Positions 10,420 to 19,173 of a DNA stretch of 64,000 nt are shown piece after piece (position 1 is the first letter of the stretch; every line of letters begins with the position of its first letter). The DNA is from a virus. The stretch is from IMG/VR virus record IMGVR_UViG_3300025874_000005, positions 1 to 64,000 of that record, one strand, 5' to 3'. The translations under genes were made by a program, and so were the position numbers. The notes under the pieces were generated by a model, which searched no databases, was not told where the DNA came from, and saw nothing but the letters and a program-made list of their open reading frames with translations.

Positions 10420-11622
10420 ATGAAAAAACTAATATTTATTGCTTTATTATTAATAGGAACCCAATCCCAAGCTCAGGGTTTATTAGATTCATTTTATCAA
10501 GACTTCCTAAAATATGGTACTATATATGGAGCTGGAGAAGTAAGAAATTCCATTGAGGCATCAGAACCAACATATTTTTTAAGAACTAACCCAGATGGCA
10601 GTCTTTATTCTATTCCTGATGTAGTAGATAATACTCCTATTTATCCATTTGATTATAGATTAGGATTTGGTATAAGAAAATTAGCTAGATTTAATTATGA
10701 AAGAAAACCTAAAAATTACTATGATGGTACTGAAGAACAATTAGTGTTTGGTGCCCCCACATCTGCAGTTACAGGTTTAGAATATCAATTTCATTTTGAA
10801 AAAGAAAGATGGAGAGGTGAAAATTTTACAAATTATAACTTTTTTATAAAACACACAGGAAAATATCATATTGTAAAAGTTCAATCTAGAGAAGTAGGTA
10901 AAATAAATTTAAATTTTAACTCTGCTGAAGTAAGAGGTAGATTACCAATTGGTGAAAAATTTAGTATATCAGCAGGTGCTATTTTAAGAGGACATGAAAG
11001 AGCATATGGTTATAATCCAGTAGAAATATGGTTAAATGAAACACAAATAATAGGTGGTCAAGAATACCCAGTTAATTATTGGTATGAGTTAGGCTATCAA
11101 TATGGTTATCAAGATGTTTTTTATACACAAACAAGTACTGATCCTAATACTGGAGAAGAAATAACAACCCAAGATTGGTGTTGGATTGATTCAAATGGTG
11201 CTGAAGTAGCTCATTCAGATTTAGATTTTAGAGAAACAATAATGCCTGGATTAATGAATCGTTTTAATGGTGAAGCTTGGGATTTATTAGATCCTTGGAT
11301 GGAAGTAGCTCCAATAGTAGGTATAGATTTTTATCATTATAAAAGAGATTTTTGGTTACATGCCTATGCAAATTATATTCTTCCATATCACAAATATATT
11401 GCTGGAGAAGAAGAATTTAGTTATCTTAATAGAAACAATTGGGGTAAAGGTGGATTAATACAAGACTCAGAACTAGAACAATGGAATGATTATTCAGCAG
11501 GAATTAGTTTTGGTTATAAATTTGGAAAAAACTTAGGAATTTTTGCAGAAGGTGAATTTTCAAAAATGTGGGATAGTAGATTATATCAAACTAGTTTTGG
11601 AATAAATTATACATTTAAGTAA
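10420..11622 (+). CDS. predicted outer-membrane beta-barrel protein
   Basis: Sec signal MKKLIFIALLLIGTQSQA; alternating aromatic strands; C-terminal FGINYTFK BAM-like signal. Confidence 0.65.
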   Translation: MKKLIFIALLLIGTQSQAQGLLDSFYQDFLKYGTIYGAGEVRNSIEASEPTYFLRTNPDGSLYSIPDVVDNTPIYPFDYRLGFGIRKLARFNYERKPKNYYDGTEEQLVFGAPTSAVTGLEYQFHFEKERWRGENFTNYNFFIKHTGKYHIVKVQSREVGKINLNFNSAEVRGRLPIGEKFSISAGAILRGHERAYGYNPVEIWLNETQIIGGQEYPVNYWYELGYQYGYQDVFYTQTSTDPNTGEEITTQDWCWIDSNGAEVAHSDLDFRETIMPGLMNRFNGEAWDLLDPWMEVAPIVGIDFYHYKRDFWLHAYANYILPYHKYIAGEEEFSYLNRNNWGKGGLIQDSELEQWNDYSAGISFGYKFGKNLGIFAEGEFSKMWDSRLYQTSFGINYTFK

Positions 11623-11625
11623 AAA

Positions 11626-11910
11626 ATGGCAAAACAAATAGGAGAAGAAACAAAAGTAACGTTAGATTTAAAAACTATCGGAATGGTACTAGTAGGAGTA
11701 GCTACTGTAGTAGGTATGTGGTTTGCTCTACAAGCTGATATACAAAAAGCTAAAGAACTCCCAGTACCCCCAATAGATCGTATAGAGTATGATTTAAAAG
11801 ATGAATTAATTCGCCAAACTATTATGGATACTCAAGATGATGTTGAATCAATATTAGAAGAATTAGAAAAAATTGATCAACGTCTTTATGAATTACAAAA
11901 ACAAAGATAA
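11626..11910 (+). CDS. single-TM coiled-coil protein
   Basis: N-proximal TM then heptad-rich acidic region. Confidence 0.7.
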   Translation: MAKQIGEETKVTLDLKTIGMVLVGVATVVGMWFALQADIQKAKELPVPPIDRIEYDLKDELIRQTIMDTQDDVESILEELEKIDQRLYELQKQR

Positions 11911-11911
11911 T

Positions 11912-12343
11912 ATGAGAAATCTATTAGTATTATTATTTTTATTTCCTATATTTATTTTTGCTCAAGATAGAATCCCTGAAAAATATTGGATTAATGATAA
12001 TACTTTTGAAGGTGTAATTTCTCCTAATGGAGGATTTGAAGATGATTATCATGAAGTTATTGTTATTGAGTTTTATGCAGATTTTAATAAAAGTAATGCA
12101 TTTAGTGATTGGAAAAAATTAGATGATTTAGAAGGGGTTAGTTATTATCGTATTGATATAGCAACCTCCCCTAAACTTAAAAAAGAATTAAGAATTCGAA
12201 TGGCCCCAACTATTTTACTTTATCTTAAAGGAGATGCATATATAAAATTCACAGCAAAAGCAGGATTAGATTTATTATGTCCTGTAGACTATCCTAAAAT
12301 GTTAAGAGCTATAGAAGTAGTTAAACAAGAATCAGCTTACTAA
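11912..12343 (+). CDS. exported thioredoxin-fold protein lacking CxxC
   Basis: Signal peptide; VIEFYADFN where WCxxC is expected; cis-Pro loop MAPTILL. Confidence 0.6.
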   Translation: MRNLLVLLFLFPIFIFAQDRIPEKYWINDNTFEGVISPNGGFEDDYHEVIVIEFYADFNKSNAFSDWKKLDDLEGVSYYRIDIATSPKLKKELRIRMAPTILLYLKGDAYIKFTAKAGLDLLCPVDYPKMLRAIEVVKQESAY

Positions 12344-12351
12344 TATTTATA
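12343..12351 (+). promoter_or_regulatory. putative late promoter motif ATATTTATA
   Basis: Upstream of the endolysin. Confidence 0.5.
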
Positions 12352-12369
12352 ATAAACAATTACTATAAA

Positions 12370-13251
12370 ATGGTATTAAAATTAGGATCAAAAGGTTTAG
12401 AAGTTAAAAAATTACAAGAATTTTTAAATATTTTAGCTGATGGTAAATTTGGTAAAGGAACTGAAAAAGCAGTTAAAAAATATCAATCACAAAATAATTT
12501 AATTTCTGATGGGATAGTAGGCCCTGTTACTTTAGATTATATGGGGTTAATAAGTACAGACAATTCAGAATCAGTATACACTACATTTAATGATTTATTA
12601 ATCCATAAACATTACTTACCTAAAGGTGAATATAAAGAAGGTAATATTGAACCTGAATTTTTATTCCTTCACCATACTGCAGGGTGGAATAATCCTTACA
12701 GAACAATTGATCATTGGGGGAGAGATAATAGGGGGGCAGTAGCAACAGAATTTGTATTAGGAGGACAATCAATAAAAGGAAATGATGATGAATATGATGG
12801 AGAAGTTGTTCAAGCTTTTCCTGAAGGATGCTTTGGGTGGCATTTAGGTAAAAATGGCTCACAACACATGCATGTTTATTCTGTTGGTATCGAAGTAAAC
12901 AACTTTGGATACTTAAAAAATGGTAAAACATATGCAGGAACTACAGCAAATGAATCACAAATCGTTACATTAGATAAACCATTCAGAGGATATAAAACAT
13001 GGCACAAATATTCAGATAAACAAATAGAATCTTTACGTAAATTAATTTTACACATTGCAGATAGAGATAATATAGATGTAAGAGCAGGTCTTCCTGCTTT
13101 AATTAAAGAAAAAGGGGCTAAAGCCTTTGAGTTTAATCCAGATGCTTATTATGGTAAAGTAAAAGGATTATGGACACACACCAACACACGTAAAGATAAA
13201 TTTGATATGTTTCCACAACCAGAACTTTTAGAAATGTTAATAAATTTATAA
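12370..13251 (+). CDS. endolysin: peptidoglycan-binding domain + N-acetylmuramoyl-L-alanine amidase
   Basis: DGKFGKGT/DGIVGPVT PG-binding repeats; LHHTAG, SVGIEV, H..RKDK.D. Confidence 0.9.
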   Translation: MVLKLGSKGLEVKKLQEFLNILADGKFGKGTEKAVKKYQSQNNLISDGIVGPVTLDYMGLISTDNSESVYTTFNDLLIHKHYLPKGEYKEGNIEPEFLFLHHTAGWNNPYRTIDHWGRDNRGAVATEFVLGGQSIKGNDDEYDGEVVQAFPEGCFGWHLGKNGSQHMHVYSVGIEVNNFGYLKNGKTYAGTTANESQIVTLDKPFRGYKTWHKYSDKQIESLRKLILHIADRDNIDVRAGLPALIKEKGAKAFEFNPDAYYGKVKGLWTHTNTRKDKFDMFPQPELLEMLINL

Positions 13252-13254
13252 ACA

Positions 13255-13668
13255 ATGCAAACTAAATTATCAATAGTGGGAATAACATCATTTTGTACAT
13301 ATCTTTGTACGTACTTTCTAAACTTATCAATGGAAAATATGGAACAGTATTTAGCTGTAGTAGCAGTATTATGGTTAGATGGCATATTCGGTATTTGGGC
13401 TGGAATAAAAAGAGAAGGATTTAAAACATATAAAGCTCTAAAAATAACAAAAAATACATTTGTGTGGTTAGCTATTTTAACAGTTATTTTAATGGTAGAA
13501 AAAGGATTTACAGGAGCAGGTTGGCTATCTGAAGTAATTATTGTACCGTTCATGGTATTACAGCTAATAAGCGCTCTTAAAAATGCATCTATGGCAGGTT
13601 TAATTAAAGTTAAAGAATTAAATAAAATTTTAGACCGAATAGATAAGCATAAGGGTTTTAGAAGCTAA
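13255..13668 (+). CDS. holin (phage holin family 4-like)
   Basis: TM helices, LD.IFGIW, LISALKN; directly after the endolysin. Confidence 0.75.
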   Translation: MQTKLSIVGITSFCTYLCTYFLNLSMENMEQYLAVVAVLWLDGIFGIWAGIKREGFKTYKALKITKNTFVWLAILTVILMVEKGFTGAGWLSEVIIVPFMVLQLISALKNASMAGLIKVKELNKILDRIDKHKGFRS

Positions 13669-13679
13669 AACTTTTTATT

Positions 13680-14792
13680 ATGTTTGAAAAAATCAAAGAA
13701 AGAATATTCCCTTTCATTATAGCACTTTCTGCTTTATCAGTAAGTGCATCTGCTGCTTTTTATTCAATAAGTGGCCTTAGTAAACTATTTGCAGGAGCAA
13801 CCTTTGCTGTTATCGTAATGGCAACATCTTTAGAAATAGCAAAACTAGTAATTGCATCTCTTTTATATCAATATAGAAAAGGATTACCTAAATTTTTAAA
13901 ATATTATCTATCAGTAGCTTGTATAATATTAATTCTTATTACATCAATGGGAATTTATGGATTTCTTTCATCAGCATATCAAGAAACAGCAGCAAAAGCC
14001 GGAAATATAGATTCCCAAATTGCATTAGTTGAAACCAGAAGAGATAATACTAAGGGGCAACTTGACGTATATAACGACGAAAAAGAAAATATCAATAAAG
14101 CCGTTGCCGATTTACGTACTGGACTAGCAAACAACGTTATACAATATACAAACGCCGAAGGTGTATTGATTACTACAACTTCAAGAGCAACTCGTAATGC
14201 TTTAGAAAAACAATTAGATCAAGCTATTGATAGACAAACTAAGATTAATGATAAGGTAGATATTTTAAATGAGAAATTATTTAATTATGAAACAGAAATA
14301 GTCGAAATAAAAACAAGTAGTTCTGTCGCTAGTGAATTAGGCCCTTTAAAATATCTATCAGGATTAACAGGTTTACCTATGGATCAAATTATTAATTATT
14401 TACTATTAACTATTATATTTGTATTTGATCCTTTAGCAATTGCTTTAGTAATAGCTGCTAACTACGCATTTGAAAGAATACGCCCTATTACAAAAAAAAA
14501 CCTTTATGGTGAAAAAGTTATAGTTAAACCAAAAGATAATGAAGAAAACATTGATGATGATAAATTTACTGATATTTATGATTACGAAATTGATAAGGAA
14601 CCCACAAGCCATACAGAAGAATCGGCATTCCCACAAGGGTACTCATCAGAAATAGAACAATTAGAAAAACAAATTCAAAATACCTCAAAAAATCGAAAAA
14701 GAGGTCCTAGAGGTTTAGCAGCTTTAAACAAAAAGTTGAATAAACTCAAAGGAAAAAATAATGATGATGACGACTTAGTCATTCGTTATTAA
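13680..14792 (+). CDS. multi-TM coiled-coil membrane protein
   Basis: Three N-terminal TMs, long coiled coil, FVFDPLA TM, charged tail. Confidence 0.7.
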   Translation: MFEKIKERIFPFIIALSALSVSASAAFYSISGLSKLFAGATFAVIVMATSLEIAKLVIASLLYQYRKGLPKFLKYYLSVACIILILITSMGIYGFLSSAYQETAAKAGNIDSQIALVETRRDNTKGQLDVYNDEKENINKAVADLRTGLANNVIQYTNAEGVLITTTSRATRNALEKQLDQAIDRQTKINDKVDILNEKLFNYETEIVEIKTSSSVASELGPLKYLSGLTGLPMDQIINYLLLTIIFVFDPLAIALVIAANYAFERIRPITKKNLYGEKVIVKPKDNEENIDDDKFTDIYDYEIDKEPTSHTEESAFPQGYSSEIEQLEKQIQNTSKNRKRGPRGLAALNKKLNKLKGKNNDDDDLVIRY

Positions 14793-14952
14793 AGAATATC
14801 CAATTCTGTTACTTTAGGTTGGATATATTGGTCAATTTTATTATCGTTCCGGTTCGACATTTGAATAATGTATATAGGTCACGATAAGTTATCCAAAGTA
14901 GCTGGCCACTACGTTTTCAAATATTAATTATTTATTAACCAAAATCAAAAAA

Positions 14953-15378
14953 ATGAAAAAGATGATTTTAACACTAGCTTTAGGACTGTTTATTGCAGTT
15001 GGAGCTAACGCACAAGAAGTGCAAAACGCAAAAGGTGATTGGTACGTTGGTACTGGTAACATTGCAGATGTATCATGGACTGAATGGTCTTTAAGCCCAA
15101 CAGTGGGATATGCTATAACAGATGACCTTATGATAGGGGCAAATGTTTCTCAAGCAGATTCTTCTAAGGATGTAAGTTTAGATCTACATGCAAGATATTT
15201 CTATAAAGGATATTTCGCATATGTAGCTACAGACGGACTAGACACAGATGGTATGAAATTAGGAGTTGGTAGAATGTTTGCCTTTCATAAAGGTGGAATG
15301 TTCCTAGATCCGAAAGTTGTGTACGATACACAAGCTAAAACTACTAACTTACAGTTAGGGTTTGGTTTGAAGTTTTAA
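14953..15378 (+). CDS. small outer-membrane beta-barrel protein
   Basis: Signal peptide ending ANA-Q; amphipathic strands; terminal LGFGLKF. Confidence 0.7.
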   Translation: MKKMILTLALGLFIAVGANAQEVQNAKGDWYVGTGNIADVSWTEWSLSPTVGYAITDDLMIGANVSQADSSKDVSLDLHARYFYKGYFAYVATDGLDTDGMKLGVGRMFAFHKGGMFLDPKVVYDTQAKTTNLQLGFGLKF

Positions 15379-15405
15379 TTATTGTTTAACTTAAATTAAA
15401 TTAAA

Positions 15406-15633
15406 ATGGAAAATGTAATTAAGTATGTAACTGGATTTTTTGGAGGTTTGTTATCAATTATGATGGCAGTTCTTCCAGTAGCGATCCTATGGAATGTTTT
15501 AACTGGTCAAACTATATTCGGAATGGATGTAGTTGGTAACTTAACAGGTTTAATCTCAAGCTTTGGTGAGGGTGGATTTGTTGGTTTAGTAGCACTAGTT
15601 ATTTTAGCTCAATTCTTTATTAATAAGAAATAA
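15406..15633 (+). CDS. small Gly-rich membrane protein
   Basis: Two hydrophobic segments. Confidence 0.7.
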   Translation: MENVIKYVTGFFGGLLSIMMAVLPVAILWNVLTGQTIFGMDVVGNLTGLISSFGEGGFVGLVALVILAQFFINKK

Positions 15634-15652
15634 GCTTAATCTATATAGTAGA

Positions 15653-15680
15653 GAAAGGCGCCTTAATTGGCGCCTTTTTT
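15653..15680 (+). terminator. intrinsic terminator
   Basis: GAAAGGCGCC-TTAATT-GGCGCCTTTTTT. Confidence 0.9.
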
Positions 15681-15697
15681 CTTTCTATGCGAAAAAA

Positions 15698-15752
15698 TTT
15701 GGAGAAGCGGAAGAGGGTTCGTATATTTACGTATAAATAAGGGCGTTAAGCC
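15698..15752 (+). promoter_or_regulatory. early promoter + leader stem-loop cassette
   Basis: TTGGAGAAGC 15699, TATATT 15722-15727, then GGC-GTTAA-GCC. Confidence 0.75.
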
Positions 15753-15774
15753 AAGTATAAATTAAATAAAAGTT

Positions 15775-16101
15775 ATGTCAAAAGAAATTAAAGAAACATT
15801 AAAGAAAGGTAAAGTTGATTTTACAGTCACAGGTATTACTACTTATTGTAAAGGTGATGATGGTAAGTGGGGGATGAATCCAAAAGTATTTACTGTAAGT
15901 GAAAAAGGTGATTCAATTAATTGTGATTGGAATGGAATGAATGTTACTAAATGGGGTCCTACCTGTGTTACATTATATACATTTGATATGTTAGGTAAAA
16001 AATCAGTAGGGAAAATTAATTATAAAGACATTACACTAAAAGAAATAAAAGTAGAATGTTCAGCAGCATTAGATAATGAATGGGCTAACGAAAGTATTTA
16101 A
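15775..16101 (+). CDS. hypothetical protein
   Basis: ORF with AAATAAAAGTT-ATG start context. Confidence 0.7.
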   Translation: MSKEIKETLKKGKVDFTVTGITTYCKGDDGKWGMNPKVFTVSEKGDSINCDWNGMNVTKWGPTCVTLYTFDMLGKKSVGKINYKDITLKEIKVECSAALDNEWANESI

Positions 16102-16116
16102 TTAAAAAATAAAATT

Positions 16117-16254
16117 ATGTTTATAGACATTGAAGTATTAGCAGATCAATGGGAATTAGAACAAGAACTAATAACCCAACTCCAAGAAGAATTATTAGAA
16201 AACCCAGGAATTTTCCTTACTGAAGAAGGGGAAGAAGATGATTTACCATTCTGA
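16117..16254 (+). CDS. 45-aa acidic microprotein ending in DDLPF (not in ORF track)
   Basis: MFIDIEVLADQWELEQELITQLQEELLENPGIFLTEEGEEDDLPF*; A-rich start context; fills the intergenic gap. Confidence 0.7.
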   Translation: MFIDIEVLADQWELEQELITQLQEELLENPGIFLTEEGEEDDLPF

Positions 16255-16255
16255 T

Positions 16256-16651
16256 ATGAAAGTTCCAAATAATTTATATGTAAAGTGGACTGATAAAAAA
16301 GGCTATGGAGTCTTCACAGACACACCTATTAAAAAGGGAGAACTTATTGAAAGATGCTATTGTATAAAAACTGGTAGTCCAAAAGACCATGTTAATGGTA
16401 CTTTAATGGATTATGTATTTAATTATCCTAGAGGTACTAGTATGGATAATGGAGCAGAACATGTATTACCTTTAGGTTTTGGTTGTATATACAACCATAG
16501 TAATGATAATAGTAATGCAATGTGGGATAATACTAAAGATATACCTTACCATTTTGATTTTATTGCTTTAAAAAATATTGAAGTTGGGGAAGAAATTTGC
16601 ACTTATTATGGAGATGAATATTGGCCAACTAAAGACATATCACCAATATAA
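16256..16651 (+). CDS. SET-domain protein-lysine methyltransferase
   Basis: GYGVF, IYNHS, GEEICTYYG. Confidence 0.85.
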   Translation: MKVPNNLYVKWTDKKGYGVFTDTPIKKGELIERCYCIKTGSPKDHVNGTLMDYVFNYPRGTSMDNGAEHVLPLGFGCIYNHSNDNSNAMWDNTKDIPYHFDFIALKNIEVGEEICTYYGDEYWPTKDISPI

Positions 16652-16652
16652 C

Positions 16653-17153
16653 ATGAAAACCCCTAAAAAACCAAGTGGAAGAAGAGCTTTACCTTTTTAT
16701 TGGTGGAGGCGTTTTAGAACTCATAAATCTTTACCTTATAAATTTTCCCTTTTAGATAAAATTAGAAACGGGGATTTTGAATACCCAGAATACTTCCAAC
16801 AAGCAGAATGGGAGTTAAAGTGGATGAAGGATGAACAAAAAGAATTTATTGATAATTACCAAGGTCGAGAACCAGAGCAAGATAGACTTTATCTTGAAAT
16901 TGAGTTGCGTGCTAGGAAACGCTATAATAAATTGTTTGAAGATGGTATGAAAACCGAGTATGAAAGAATGGATGATTTAAAACAAAAATTGGGTAAAGTA
17001 TTTAAAATTAGTAAACAAGAAGTTCAAGATATTATGGAACAATTTGGAGGTACTACTGAAGAGTTGTATTTTCACATAGCAAAGATTAAAAATTATAACA
17101 TAGACACTTTAAATAAATTAAATGCAAGTAAAACTATTAAACATTACTCCTAA
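16653..17153 (+). CDS. hypothetical protein
   Basis: Track ORF 16578; ATG at 16653. Confidence 0.7.
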   Translation: MKTPKKPSGRRALPFYWWRRFRTHKSLPYKFSLLDKIRNGDFEYPEYFQQAEWELKWMKDEQKEFIDNYQGREPEQDRLYLEIELRARKRYNKLFEDGMKTEYERMDDLKQKLGKVFKISKQEVQDIMEQFGGTTEELYFHIAKIKNYNIDTLNKLNASKTIKHYS

Positions 17154-17778
17154 TGCTGAAGAGCATATTGTGGAGATTGCACGTGTATCTAGTTCACGTA
17201 AGGATAAGAAGACTAATGCAGCAGGCCTTCTCAAATACCTTGTACGCCACAAGCACTGGTCGCCGTTTGAACATAGTCACGCGACGTTCGAAATTGAAAC
17301 TTCCAAAGCAATCGGAATCCAGCTCATCCGCCACCGTTCGTTTTCTTTTCAAGAGTTTAGCCAACGATATCAAGATGTTAATAAAGTTGGATCCATTTTT
17401 GAACCCATCGAGCTTCGAGAACAATGCGAAGACAACAGACAAAGCTCAACCAAAGTAGTTAATCCTATTATAAAGGGAGTAGACCTAAAAACCATTCAAA
17501 CTACAGCTTTAAACGCTATCAACGGACTTTTAAATAACTCCCATATTCTTTATAATCAACTTTTAGAAGCGGGAGTTGCTAGGGAGCAAGCTAGAATGAT
17601 TTTACCATTAACTACTACTACTAAAATTCAAATGACTGGATCGATTCGTTCTTGGGTTCATTTTCTTGAATTAAGAGATGATGAGCACGCCCAAAAAGAA
17701 ATACAACTAATAGCAAAAGAAATTAAAAAACAACTAAAAACAAACCTTCCAGTAATATCGGAAGCCTTAAATTTTTAA
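17122..17778 (+). CDS. thyX: FAD-dependent thymidylate synthase
   Basis: HWSPFEH, RHRSFSFQEFSQRY, REQAR, HAQKEI. Confidence 0.95.
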   Translation: MQVKLLNITPNAEEHIVEIARVSSSRKDKKTNAAGLLKYLVRHKHWSPFEHSHATFEIETSKAIGIQLIRHRSFSFQEFSQRYQDVNKVGSIFEPIELREQCEDNRQSSTKVVNPIIKGVDLKTIQTTALNAINGLLNNSHILYNQLLEAGVAREQARMILPLTTTTKIQMTGSIRSWVHFLELRDDEHAQKEIQLIAKEIKKQLKTNLPVISEALNF

Positions 17779-17779
17779 A

Positions 17780-17959
17780 ATGATAGAATTTTTTAAACAT
17801 GCTTTAGGATTATGTGGTGAACATTGGCACCCAAACATTTTTACAATTATCTTAGGTGGGCTTGGATTATCCGCTCCATTTTCGTATATTAAATACAAAT
17901 TAAACAGTTATGGCAATAAAAATAAGTCACGAAACACCCCTATGTCTATTAAACGATAG
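17780..17959 (+). CDS. 59-aa membrane microprotein (not in track)
   Basis: MIEFFKHALGLCGEHWHPNIFTIILGGLGL...; ATG 1 nt after the thyX stop. Confidence 0.5.
   Translation: MIEFFKHALGLCGEHWHPNIFTIILGGLGLSAPFSYIKYKLNSYGNKNKSRNTPMSIKR
17861..17892 (+). promoter_or_regulatory. sigma70-type promoter for the dpdA-like gene
   Basis: TTGG 17862-17865, N19, TATATT 17885-17890. Confidence 0.7.
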
Positions 17960-18701
17960 TAGACGATTTAATGATTATGACTATTGTCTTCCCCATTTAT
18001 TGGATGAAGAACCAGGTTATTTAGAATATTTTTTAGAATCTAAAAGACAAGGTCGTTATATTATAATGGATAATTCTCTTCATGAATTAGGCGAAGCCTA
18101 TAACCATGAACGTCTTGTATATTGGGTTAATGAATTAGAACCTAATGAATTTATAGTACCAGATGTTTGGGAAAATTGTGTAGAATCTATTCAAAATGCT
18201 GAAATATGGAATATTTATGATTTTCCTGAAGGAGTTGAGAAAGTTGCTGTAGTTCAAGCAAAAACAATTCATGAAGCTTCACAATGTGTTAAAGCTTATA
18301 AAAATTTAGGTTACGGTAAAATTTGTTTTTCATATGGGGCTTCTTATTATAATGATGTTTGTCCTCACCCAAATAAGGATTTAGGTAAAGCTTTAGGAAG
18401 ACTTTATGTAATTTCAGCTTTAATGAAAATGGGAGATATTAAACAAGATGATAGAATTCATTTATTAGGATGTGCTGTACCCCAAGAGTTTGGGTGGTAT
18501 GAAGGTATTAATTGCATAGAATCAATTGATACATCAAACCCAGTTATGGCGACATTAGAAGATGTTCAATATAGAAATTATGGTTTATATCAAAAACCAA
18601 AAGCAAATATGAATGATTATTTTTATATGTTAAATGATCAAGTTGATTATGATCTTTTAACTTACAATTTAGATGTGTTTAAAATGATAAATAATTTATA
18701 A
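17910..18701 (+). CDS. dpdA: DpdA-like (TGT-fold) deazaguanine DNA transglycosylase
   Basis: IMDNS, VPDV, VVQ, IHLLG, SIDTS motifs of TGT/DpdA; context with queCDE and folE. Confidence 0.7.
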   Translation: MAIKISHETPLCLLNDSRRFNDYDYCLPHLLDEEPGYLEYFLESKRQGRYIIMDNSLHELGEAYNHERLVYWVNELEPNEFIVPDVWENCVESIQNAEIWNIYDFPEGVEKVAVVQAKTIHEASQCVKAYKNLGYGKICFSYGASYYNDVCPHPNKDLGKALGRLYVISALMKMGDIKQDDRIHLLGCAVPQEFGWYEGINCIESIDTSNPVMATLEDVQYRNYGLYQKPKANMNDYFYMLNDQVDYDLLTYNLDVFKMINNL

Positions 18702-18702
18702 A

Positions 18703-18897
18703 ATGGCAAAACTAACAAGAAATGTAAATTACGCAAATTACAGATGGGAAGAATATGTGTTAACCGAAGAAGAATTAACACAGTGGAAAACGGGTGATGA
18801 AGATATCCAACAAGAGATTATAGATAATGCAGATTGGGATCTAGTAAGAGATAAACCAATTGATGATTACAGTGAACCAGAATTTATAGAAGAATAA
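18703..18897 (+). CDS. small acidic hypothetical protein
   Basis: Tightly packed ORF. Confidence 0.65.
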   Translation: MAKLTRNVNYANYRWEEYVLTEEELTQWKTGDEDIQQEIIDNADWDLVRDKPIDDYSEPEFIEE

Positions 18898-18901
18898 AGA
18901 T

Positions 18902-19126
18902 ATGTTAAAAAAACAATCAATAAGGTCTAATCAGACCATTTTTATCAATAATAATGATAAATCAGCAAGTAAAGATGAAATTCTAGCACTTAGTGAATTT
19001 TGGACTGATAGAGAAGAAGGATTATTTCGAAAACTTCTTAAACAAGGTGGAAGTACAAAAATACAAGGTACTCATTTTAAAGTGGTTGTTGAAGAAAAAC
19101 AACTTAAATTACGTGACATGCAATAG
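18902..19126 (+). CDS. hypothetical protein
   Basis: Tightly packed ORF. Confidence 0.65.
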   Translation: MLKKQSIRSNQTIFINNNDKSASKDEILALSEFWTDREEGLFRKLLKQGGSTKIQGTHFKVVVEEKQLKLRDMQ

Positions 19127-19158
19127 CGTTTGCCTATACGCTTAAAATACCTGGCAAA
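19125..19158 (+). ncRNA. candidate cis-regulatory H-type pseudoknot (riboswitch-like) upstream of queC
   Basis: S1 AGCGT 19125-29 / ACGCT 19138-42; S2 TTGCC 19130-34 / GGCAA 19153-57; A-rich linker. Confidence 0.45.
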
Positions 19159-19173
19159 TATAAATAAATAAAA

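Noticed and set aside
19124-19171. Pseudoknot-driven readthrough of the TAG at 19124-19126
   Set aside because: The stop lies inside stem 1 rather than upstream of it, and readthrough ends at TAA before queC without making a fusion
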